From Mytilus californianus (lineage: Eukaryota), in contig NW_026262679.1 of NCBI RefSeq assembly GCF_021869535.1, positions 59,582,001-59,646,000 of the forward strand: a stretch of DNA of 64,000 bases, given 5' to 3'. Below, in pieces: positions 49,176 to 60,945 of the stretch. The first letter of the stretch is position 1, and each line of letters begins with the position of its first letter. The translations under genes and the position numbers were made by a program. The notes under the pieces were generated by a model. The model saw only the letters and a list, made by a program, of their open reading frames with translations, was not told the DNA's origin and did not search any database.

Positions 49176-52100
49176 TACAAAATTTCAATCCTGATATTTA
49201 TGATGAGTTTATCTAAATATATTATCACATTGTGGTATTACCTGTATAAACAGAGATATGCAGCCTTTCAATGCAACCAGCCTTGCAAAATTATACAAGT
49301 CTAATATTCTTCGACGTGTCAGAGTTACTATCCCTTCCTGGCCTGGATATATATTTAGAAAGACCTTCGTCAATCGTTTATTTTTTCTCCTACATGTATA
49401 TATTGGACCATGAATCGTTTTTCAATTTTCGGACACAATTTGGTATTGCAAAAAATCTCTCAATCGACGTTTAACTTTGGGCGCGTTATCGCTATCATAC
49501 CGTTTCACGTCTTGAAAACCGACCTGTTTCATTGAAGTTATAACCCTAACACCCGACGAAACCCGTGTCAAGTGATCAAAATAGCTTTTTTATATTTTGT
49601 ATTGGTGATCGCGTGTTCAAATGACAATTACACCATAACTTAATTTATATTGGTAATCATTTTTGATCAAGTAATAAACCTTAAAGAAGACATTTTTGTT
49701 AAATGAACTGAATGTGACTTTTTTTGTTTGAAAAACTTGTTGTTCAAGAATTACTGTAAAGTTTTGTCACAATTCGTTCAATAGTTTGAGAGAAATTTTG
49801 TATAATGTAAGACGACATCTACAGCGATTTGAGCAAAATTTCTTCGAAAAATGCAAATCACGCCGCATCATGATAGAATATAGTGTTGACCAATAAATGA
49901 TTAAATATTCATCTCATCTGCATAAAAAGAGTTGAATAGGCTACAAAAGAGTACTCTAATATGATAAACACCGCTAATGTACATCTTTGTCTTCATTCTA
50001 AGGTTCCTTTTGATCCATTTACACCTCTCATTCCCTCCCTTTTTTTTTGGCTAATAAATCAAAATTTTGGAGTAATTATCACACATTTATGTAAGAAGTG
50101 TGATAATAAATGAATAATTGAAGTGTTTAAGCTGAATGAACTATCCATATATGTTTATGACCCGGAATTTTTTTTCTGCAATGAAATGCAGGGTTAAGTT
50201 CCTACAACTGTCAAGTTCAAAAGAATATTTTTTTTTTCGACCCTTTTTCGTATGAAACCGAATGTGACGTACCATCTTTTGGTGGAATTATATCTAAAAA
50301 TGTTGATTTGGAGTGCGCTTGTAGTCTTATGTCGTATATTTTTCAAGGTTAGCAAATGAGGTCACGAACAACATTCTGTAATGAGTATTGATACTAGTTT
50401 TTGTGTTCCGGGTTCACTTTGACATCTAGTATTTAAAGAAATTATGCCTTTTAATACACCTCAGTTGTCACTAATATCATGTTCATAATTATATATGCAC
50501 ATAAAAACTCCAAAAGAACCTTGGGATTTGATAATTGACTGGTTTCATAGTTTTACATTTTCGGAATGAAAATCCATATCACAATTTAGAATATTTGAAA
50601 CACGATTTTCTTGGAATTTATGTAGTGTATAGTGTCAAGAGATTGAAATCAACATTAAGAAGAATTGCACATGAAAAACATCGAAAAAATGTGTAATCAG
50701 ATTAGTTATGCTAAATTTGCCTATTCTTTGATACAATCTTTTGTCTGTTCTATTAGGACTTATATTAATTGAGAATTATAGGAAAAATAAACCTTTGGTA
50801 CATCTTATCTTATTAAAATGAGTAAATGGAGATGTAGAGGACTACTACCAATGACATAAATAACCACAAAATAACACCAAGAGGGCACATACAGTCTTTA
50901 ATTATAGATAGGACTGGTGTCTTTACAAAACGTCTAGCTCTCAATCGTCCCGAGTCTAAAGAGCTATAAACAACTTAAACGGATTCTATGAAAGAACCTA
51001 ATAAGAAAGATTTCAAGAAAGGTAAAACGATATCAATGAAAATAACGAGTCGACATAAGACAGACAATATTACAGCCAAAACGAAAAAGCCGAAAAGTTA
51101 ACAATAGAATTTCACCAAAAACTGAACAGCAGACACGAACCCCAAAAGCGTAAGCGGACGGGTAAGCAGTTCATATAAAATTGAAAAGACCACTTAACAC
51201 CAAACAATTATCATGACTGTATTCTTTTAACCTTGATGAAGTTTTAGTTTTTTGTTATTCTTGTGACGCGTTTTTGATTTTTGGATCTGGCTGTAAACAA
51301 CTTTTCTTCTTGCGTTACTTCTCCTCATATGAGGTTTTCTCTCAGTGTTTAAAAGGTGTCATAAAGGATTCATTTATTTTTCCGGTGAAAGGATCTGCTA
51401 ATTTTACAGTTTCCTTTTTTTTAAGGTATAATATTTTCTATTCGTATAAATTAATATGTACATTTGAAAGGTCCATAGGTCTTCAAAAGTTCACTTATTA
51501 AAAGACATTTGGTAAACTCTGTCGAATTAATTCACGATCTACTCATACTCAGGGCGATTTCAAATAAATCCATGTATTTTCCATCGTAGAAAGTCATATG
51601 GTGACCTTTAAATATCTATATTAATTTACTTGCGTTGTTGGCTCTCTTTCTTATTGTTGTTGATCGATGATTTTTATCTTTAAAATCTATACGTGATTCA
51701 TTTTAGTAAAACAATATTAGATGACGGTGTACGCATTTTACAAAGTTTAAATGTCTGTGTATTATTTGCGCTAATTGGATTTAACGAATATGATTTAAGT
51801 ACGACAAAACCATATATAATTCACATGTGATAAATCAGTATTAAAATGAATTACAGGAAGACCTGATAATGGATGATAATGAAAATGTCAAACTATAGAA
51901 ATATACGATATCATTTCTTGTGCATTTCATCAGGTATAATTGTCAATTGTTATTGAATTCTCTTGATATAAAACATTTAATACAATTATAGTTAAGTAGC
52001 GACAGACAATTATATTTTTCATGGAGTACTTAAAAAATAAATAATCGTCAAAACGGATCAAAATTGGCCTTGAAAGGTGTCAGACCACCAATTCAAAATC

Positions 52101-55100
52101 CCAATCTATTCAACCAAATTTTTCAAGTTCCACAGCTTTCTAAATATTTTACCTTAAGTTTAACTTAATAGAAACCAGGTATATCCTGCATTTTACATGT
52201 ATCACTTTCTACATGCCAATTCTCAACCCATGTTTAAAGTCTTGTAGTAAATTAACAACCTTCCGAGGGTAACTTCTACTAAAACTAAACCCTGGTTTTC
52301 TTGAAATCTTTAGTATACTATGGAGAGCACTTTTCCTCAATTTTCAATGCAAACTCAATGACAAGTAAATTTTGGCTCAAAATCGTCTAAATGTATTTCT
52401 CTTTCATCAACAGTTTCATTTCTGCAATTTTGTTGGTTAGTTTAAGTAAACAATGACATCAAAAGCACTATTTTTGTCCGGGAAGGGCTACTTTTACATA
52501 CGTTCTAAGTTGGAGTGGGTGAAATGGTGGTCTGACACATGAAAATGTAACTTGATACGTCTGTTCAACTTCTACGAAAAAACAGCAACTCCACAATTCG
52601 TGAATGAATCACTTAGAATTTTTTGAAATTAAATCTATCAAAATACAAAAAAAAAAAACCATTTTGGTTATGTTCGGACTGTTGATAGAAAAAAATCATT
52701 ATTTGGCAAATTCAATGCATTTTCATTGTTAAAAGTGTCCCTCTTAATGGAAAAAGAGGCCAAGTTTTTGAAATTAGATACAATTTATTCTCTCTTGTGT
52801 TTAACATTGTTCAACTTACTGCCAAATTAGGCAACAAAAATTTCATTAGTGCTTCATTTTATAGTTTCTATTTTTCAAAAATGATGAACTTAAAAAAAAA
52901 TTATACTTGACAAAGTATTTTTTTTTTGGAATGAAAACTCCCAAGTGACATAATTCGGCAATTATATACTTAAGATGAGTACAGTCAACACACATTGGTT
53001 TTGCATATTTCATGTCTGAAATGTTTAACAATGGTTTGCATCATCATAAGACAGTCTTGTCTTACTGATTTTATAACAACCTCTGAAATTTTGGAGCAAA
53101 AAAAAGGAAAATCACAAAAATACTGAACTCCGAGGAAAATTCAATCGGAAAGTCCCTAATCATATGGCAAAATCAAATGACAAAACGCATCAAACGAATG
53201 GACAACAACTGTCATATTCCTGACTTGGTACAGGCATTTTCAAATGTAGAAAATGGTGGATTGAACCTGGTTTTATAGCGCTAAACCTCTCACTTGTGCG
53301 ACAGTCTCATTAAATTCCGTTATATTTACAACGATGGGTGAACAAAACAGACATTATAAATAAAATAGTCAAAATATGGGTACAGCAGTCATCACTGTGT
53401 TACAATATCAAAACAAACAATTATTTACAAAAAATCACAAAAGCATCTATCAAATTATAAACCACATTCATTGCTTCGCGCGTCTGACGTCAGAAAATGT
53501 AAACGTCACATAAGAAGAAATTTTGTCATTCAATGTTTATTCAAAACAATTTTATAATTTCACATGGGGAATGTTGGTATACAGGGTTAAAATATCAAAA
53601 GTTATGTTAGAATTAATTTCAGAAATAGACCGAGATTTAAAATTGTCCAGAAGTTCTTTAGAATTTTTAAGAATCCACATATGGTTAATACCACTACGCG
53701 AGTAAAATAAATTTGTCGTTCAAAGTATTTGTGGAGATTTAATGGAAATTTAAATATGTTGTATAAAAAAACCTAGATTTTGTGTTTATGTTGCACATTT
53801 TGGACCGAATAAATTCGAATTTAATAGCAACTTTTCTGTTGAAATTGTATTTTACATACTTTGTTTTAAATGTAATAAAAAATTGGTTACAATTTACTCT
53901 AACAGGTTTTTATAAGGAAAGAGGGATATTGTAGGTGTGGGAACATAAAGCAACTCTCTTTTCTATAATTAATCGGTATAGACAAGTATTCTCAATAGCA
54001 AAACTCAGCTTTGCATTGATGCTTTCACAGTTTTTCATATAACGAAAATAGTAGTATGTCATGTATATGGTTCAATATTGCCCTTTTTGTGTACCCTACA
54101 GGGGAAAGAAGTCATCTGTGGAGGGCTATGATTGAACGAATGAGTATAATTTAGTTACGTATTATTTGTGAATATATTTAAGATCTTTATTTACAGGATA
54201 AATTTGAAACACATAAAAATATGTTTTTTTTTTGAGATTCTCGAAGTACCTTCTTAAGTTTCAAAAATATGATGTAAAATAAAGACTGCAATGAATACTA
54301 TAAACAAGCATAATATAGGCATGCCGTCATTTGACTTCATTTCTGAAACAAAATATTACAGTGCGGCTATCACAAATAACTTCACTGTCCTGATTTATAT
54401 TATAAAAAGTAGCAAGTTTTGAATATGTGAGTATTATTGCCTACAACTACAATGTATGGTGTAAAAATAATATCGTTTTCCCCATAGTTCCTACTTTCAA
54501 ATTAAGACACAAAGCAAAAAATAAGACCTTAAGGTTTTGTTAGGAATCCATTGGGAAATAAATAATATCAGGGTTAAAGCTTTTTGAAGAAAAAAATTGT
54601 CTTTCTTTAGGTGGTAATAAGAAGTAGAATTACTCTACAATACAGATTTTTGCAATTTATAATCTTAATCTATGTGAAGAAATCATTTATCAAAGAAATC
54701 ATCATTAGTAAATCCAATTTCATGTCGATTATAGAAACAATTTGGTTTATTAACAATGGTTACACTAACTGATATTGACCGATTTATTTCCCATTCATTA
54801 TCATCGATCTTTTCATTGTTTAGTTAATAGTTTGACAAAAACATCTAAGATCATTGTTTAAATGTGTAATCTTAATTGCATTCGACCTTTTTATTGCTTG
54901 TGTATTCGTTTAGTAGTTGTTGCTTCCTCATGTTCCTGCCTATTGTTTTATTAAGAACTCTGACTACAGGAAATTTCTATCGATTGAGTTTTGGTTGTTT
55001 TAGTAAAAGTATGACAAACTTTTCATCAAAGTATATAGTTCATTAAAAATGCTACCAAAACAACTTTCCGAAGGTAACGAGACAAAACCGTCTACTTTTA

Positions 55101-56473
55101 GTGTATTGGTCTTAATAGAACTTCGTAATGCTCATTCGTTGCGTTTAGTTCACTAAATGTTAACAATTATATACAACTTACTATCCAATGTTCCATATCT
55201 ATTAAGGACCGACAATTTCATCTTTTGTTGGGGGTAATTTTGTCTTAAGATAAATTGTTTGATTCCAAATCTCTTGAACAAAAATTTTTTCAGAAGGGAA
55301 GTGAAAATGGTTTGTTTCTTATTGAAAATTATTCTGAAAAAAAATATATTAGAACAACATTTGTTTTTCTTTTTCTTGTTTCTGTAAGTTATAAAAAAGG
55401 TTATATTCAAGTTGAAGACAAAGTTTGTCCCGACAAAAATCCACACTCCAACAAAAGAGGAATGGTCAGTATCTAATAATTCAAGAGTAGATTTTTGTCA
55501 GTAGCAAACTAAGACTTGAATTTTGAAATTGAGATAAAACTGGTGTACACATCTATATTGTACATTTGATAACACAAGGAGGATGCGGCAGCTTCTAAGC
55601 GGTGTTGTCCCTTTGAAGGAATACATCTAAAGTTGAATAAAAGAATATTCCATACGTAGCACCAGTTGATTTATAGAAATGCTATTATAACACAAAAAAA
55701 ACACAAACATGAAGCCATATGTATACATATTTATTGATAGTTCTGTATGTTGACGTATAATTATACCCAATGAAAATGTACGACCCTTCTCTCTTCCATT
55801 GTAAAGGAAAAACACAAACCAACGATTTTTTTATTTATCTCCATCGAATGATACAAGAAACACATGTTATATGTGATATAAATCATTTTCAATATACTAA
55901 ACAGAAATTGTTTGATTATTGAAACAACTCTAAGCCATATATAAGAGATTTTTTAATGATTCATCACGAAATCCGTTTAAGAGTTTGTGTCTTTCAATTA
56001 TCAGACCTTTATACACATTACCTGCTTACCCTTCCGGAGCACATGAAAGTTTTTGGTGGGGTTCGTATTGCTCGACTTTAGTTTTCTGTGTAGTGTTTTG
56101 TATTCTGTTGTTTGTCTTTGTTGTTTGTCTTTTGATCCTTGGTATCTTCTATCTCTGTTCTAGATATTCCAATATGTTATATACCATAAAACGTGACATA
56201 AAAGAAAATCATGTACTTTGCATATTACAGAGCAAAATTTCTACTACAACAGTACATTAGCTATAATGGTTTACTTTTATAAATTTTGACTTGGATGGAG
56301 AGTTGTCTCATTGGCACTCATACCACATCTTCTTATATCTATTAGCACCTGCATATGGGTTATAAATCTAAAAGAATTCACTAGCTTGTTTTAAAGAATT
56401 GTGTATACCAGAAAGCTACTAAACTTTTCATCAAAGTATATAGTTCACTAAATGTTAACAATTATATACAACT

Positions 56474-56949
56474 TAATTTATCTCAAAAGCTAGACTTTTC
56501 TTCATCTGCAAAAACCCGAAATCCCATGAATTACAATAGTACATTTGAACGGCCCAAAAATGACCATTCCTCTCCCTCAATCATATAGATTTGTTGAACG
56601 GACGGAAATGCAGGAGGATCAACAACACTAGTCTGTCCTTTTTCCTTTTTTTTTGTTTTTTGCCATCTTTGTTGCGTTTTACCTTGGTATAAGGGTCCAT
56701 GCAATTAGGTGTGCAGAGTATACATAATTAAGGGAAAATATGTCAGCTTGATGTATTATAAACAGGTGGGACGGTTCCCGAATCCCTGTCTAATTTATCT
56801 CAAAAGCTAGACTTTTCTTCATCTGCAAAAACCCGAAATCCCATGAATTACAATAGTACATTTGAACGGCCCAAAAATGACCATTCCTCTCCCTCAATCA
56901 TATAGATTTGTTGAACGGATGGAAATGCAGGAGGATCAACAACACTAGT
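56474..56949 (+). repeat. 159-bp direct repeat pair (56474-56632, 56791-56949)
   Basis: Identical except for one substitution (GACGG/GATGG); the spacer is 158 bp. Confidence 0.95.
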
Positions 56950-59676
56950 TTAATATAGTCACATGTTTATGTGCGCGTCCCAGGTCTTGAACCTTGTTGT
57001 TAGTTGTCGTTTACACCAGATTTTTCAATAATGAACTCTGATGACTTTATTGATGACCTACTCATACACAGGCCTAGGGCCATTTCGAATAAATCAAGGT
57101 ATTATCCATCGTAGAAAGTCATTTGGTGAACTTGAAATATCTTTATTGATTTACTTGCGTTGTTGGCCTGCTTTTTTATTGTAGTTGATCCTTGATTTCT
57201 ATCATTAAAATCTAAACGTGTTTCATTTTGGTTAAACACTATACGGTGACGGTGTACTCATGTTAAAAAGTTAAAATGTCTGTGTATTATTTGCCTTAAT
57301 TGAATTTAACGAAGATTTACGTGCGATAGTATTAAGATGAGTTAGAAGAAAACCTGATAATGGATGATAATGAAAATGTCATACTCTAGAAATATAAGAT
57401 ATCATTACTTGCGGATTCATCAAATATTAATGTCAAATACAAATGTATAACGGAATTTTCTCGGTCATTGTCAATCTGAAATATTTAATACAGTATTCAA
57501 GTAGATGAAAACAAGTATTGTTCCATGAAGTACTCAAAACACAAAGTTAAACAGATTCAAATTAGCCACATCAACTATTAAATCAACTTTGTTCAAAAAA
57601 ATATCTTATATTTTTATTTTGATGACAATTTTTGCGCGCGCGTATCGGTTCACATACAAAATTTTTTATCCGTAATTAGAACTTTTGACAAAGATGATTG
57701 AAGGAATGATTGAGTGTCAGGTGTAGTAAAATTAAAGATGAAATATACAACTTCTTACATATTTTTATTGGTAGCTAACTAGTTCTTTGATTCGTTCTCA
57801 TAGAATTGACAAGAGTCTGAAACATTTGGAACAATTATTACGTAGATAAGAGATGTTGAGACAATGCAATAAAACAGCGCCCCAACAACACCATTAAAAC
57901 CAAATGCGATTATCTGAACAGTACTGAATTAACCGCAGTCGACAAATCAGGAAAAAGACTGAACATGACTTAATAATTTATTATTCACACTTTTCAGATA
58001 ATGTAAAGATCAAATTGAGTGTTTCAGACTAAAATCAAATTACCAGTGGTATCAACTTTAGCTTCAAACATACCAAAATAATATTAAAACAAGAATTTTT
58101 TACTTTTTAAAGTGTACAAACTATTTTGGAAGTTGGGGAACGATCATACATTTTCGCAAAATATACTTATCTGCTACCGCTCTTTTGCGGAATTCGTTAT
58201 GTGTATATATATTTTATTCGTTCTGAATGAGGAATTTAACATTTCTTTTTCTTCAAAACTAGTATATATATATAATATATATATAGTGTAATTCAGTTTT
58301 AGATAGTTTTCTCCCATTGGAAAAAACATGTTTATAAGAAGGGTTGAAAACGTAGAATGTTGTTTTTTTTAAAGAAATATTTAACTAATAATTCTAGTAC
58401 AATGAAACAATGAAAAACAATACAAAAGTCCCACGATATACTGTTTCTCAGAGCTCGATCTCATGTTATACGCAAGTCACGTAATAACGCGAGGAAGTTA
58501 GCCATGTATGAGATCAATAACACGTTGTTTGCATAAAATGTCAACATATGGGTAGTGTCACCTGCTGAAATGTTTTTAACAGGGTCAGGGGTCAAAAAAG
58601 AGAAATGGTAAATTACCATAAGTCTAAATTTGTTTCAAATCATTACATTTGCCTAGTTGTTGTCTTTTTGAGAAAGACTATACAAATACATAGAAATGGT
58701 CCCCTGATACATTTTCTTCAATTTCCACTTTGAACCTTTGTCTGCAATTTCTGAATGTATCAAAAAGGGGAATTCCTGCAAGGTATTCTATCTAAATTTG
58801 AAATCTTTGTGGTAGAGTTTGGATTACTTGGGAAATTTTATGTATGGCAAATTTAATGCATTTTCAGAGTTGAAAGTATCTTTCTTAAGGGAAAGAGAAG
58901 CCGTTTTAGTTCAATTTAGATGCAATTTACGCTCTCCTGTGTTTAACTTAGTTCAATTTATTGCCAATTTATGCAACGAACATTTCATTAGCGCTTTATT
59001 TTATAGTTTCTATTTGTCATTATATCAAAAAGACAGAATTTTCCAATTTATTTTTTATTCTTGGAAAAAGTATTTTTGGGAATGAATACTCCCAAGTGAC
59101 ATAATTTAGCAATTATATAGATGAATACAGTCCACAAAGACAACTTTACATTTGGATATTTCATGTCTGAAGTGTTAAACAATTTTGTTTGCACCATATC
59201 TTACTCAATTATAACAAGCTCTGACAGTTTGGACCAAGTGATGGAGATTAAAATATTGTGTATGAATAATCTGGATTTTGTGCATATGTTGTACATTTCG
59301 GACCCAATGAATGCAATTGAATAGTCAATTTCTGTTGAAATTATATTTTACATTATTAGTTTTGAATGTAATAACAAAAAATAGATATAGAAGGAGACAT
59401 AAAGCAATCGTTTCTTTTTTATAAGTAACTCGGCTTTGCATTGATGCTTTCAAAATTGTTTTTCATGTCCTTGTATCCCAGTATAGAGAAAATAGTGGTA
59501 TGTTATTTCTATGGTACAAGATTGGCCTTTTGTATACCCTTCAATGGAAGTAAGTCAGCTGTGGAGAGCTATGGTTTGATGGAAGAGTAAAGTAATTATT
59601 TATCATATATTTAGTACTAAATACAGACATTTTGTATATTTAATAAAGGTTCTGTTCTCCAGTGTGTATCATCTAC

Positions 59677-59768
59677 CCTGTAGCGCATACCCCGTGTGGC
59701 AGAGCTAAACCTGTATCGCATACCCCGTATGGCATAGCTAAACCTGTATCGCATACCCCGTATCGCAC
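59677..59768 (+). repeat. 33-bp minisatellite, ~2.7 copies
   Basis: CCTGTATCGCATACCCCGTATGGCATAGCTAAA units start at 59677, 59710 and 59743. Confidence 0.9.
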
Positions 59769-60835
59769 CCCTTTCGGAACATCTCGAGACTGTTTTCGGA
59801 ACTCCTCAGTTGTTATCCGCTTGAAATTGCAGAGGACGAAAATGTAGTACATGTTAACCCTCTTGCTACCGAAGGGACACATGTGCCCCATATATTTACT
59901 TTATGCAAGCACTTGGTCATTACCGCATTTCTTTCAAATAAAACACCAAAGAATAAAGAGTAACAATGTATCGTCATCAGGGCGTGACGTCATATATGGA
60001 ATGACATCAAAATGACCTTCAGTTGTTGTATTTGCTGGCATGATATGAATGTAATCACATTTAATTAGAGATAACAAGAAGTTTTATCCGCAGTCCCCGA
60101 ACAATTGAAATGGGAGAAAAACAGAATTTATTTCAGCCATGCCTCAAATTTGTTTCTATGGAACTTCGTTATTCTGATGGTGTTTGTATAATTTAAAACA
60201 AAGAACAAAAACTTATCATTTCAGAGTGAGTAAAATAGATTGTTTCCCCATTCATTTCCTCTGTCTGCGGACTGCAGCATAACATGAACGAATTCTAGAC
60301 TCTTTGGCACCGAGACAAATCGGCGCAATGACAACTCGGCATATGTGAAAAACAGTTCGGCATTCAAGAAAAACAGTTCGGTATCGAGACAAATCAGCAC
60401 CTAGACAAATCGTCGCCTCATAAAGCTACTTTTTCTATTCCACTGTTGAGCTTTCAGACCTTATTATTTACAACTACAATGGCCTGATACTGATGTAGGG
60501 TTTCTTAGAATTAAATACATGTTTTCGATTAGGAAATTTTATATATTTTTTGGAGCCAGTCAAAGCAAGTGTTTTGTAATATGAAATCCTTTAGATGACA
60601 ACCATTTTATTCTGAGGGAGGAGGCTGGCAAATTTGATATTGTCAGAATATTTGTTTCCAAATTGAAGGAGACCAGATTACTTATGTTTACTTACTTAGT
60701 AGACCAGGGCCAAAATATTTATTTTCTGCTTCTCCAAAAGTGACACAACATATCATTTAATTTTTGGAAGGAGACTTCAATTTAGAAAAATAAATTCCTC
60801 TGTTGAAATATATGATAAAGTGATTAATACAAGAA

Positions 60836-60945
60836 AAAATCTGTATCACATGCTGTATCACCCTCGACTAATATCAGTCAGAGGGCTGAAGGTCCGAGGG
60901 CTGATATTGGTTACTCGGGCTGATACATCATTTGATACGGATTTT
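60836..60945. repeat. Imperfect ~110-bp palindrome (hairpin/MITE-like)
   Basis: AAAATCTGTATCACATGCTGTATCA...ATATCAG pairs with CTGATAT...TGATACATCATTTGATACGGATTTT. Confidence 0.75.

Larger units (their letters stand above)
41950..50430. repeat. Old diverged direct duplication (41950-43290 vs 48110-50430)
   Basis: Collinear blocks include TTGCCCACTATGC.AGCGAACTGC, TGTCAGAAGCAGAAGTAATTATAAATA, GGTGGTAGCATACACAGGTTGA, CCTAACACCCGACGAAAC and GGGTTCACTTTGACATC. The second copy has extra insertions. Confidence 0.85.
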
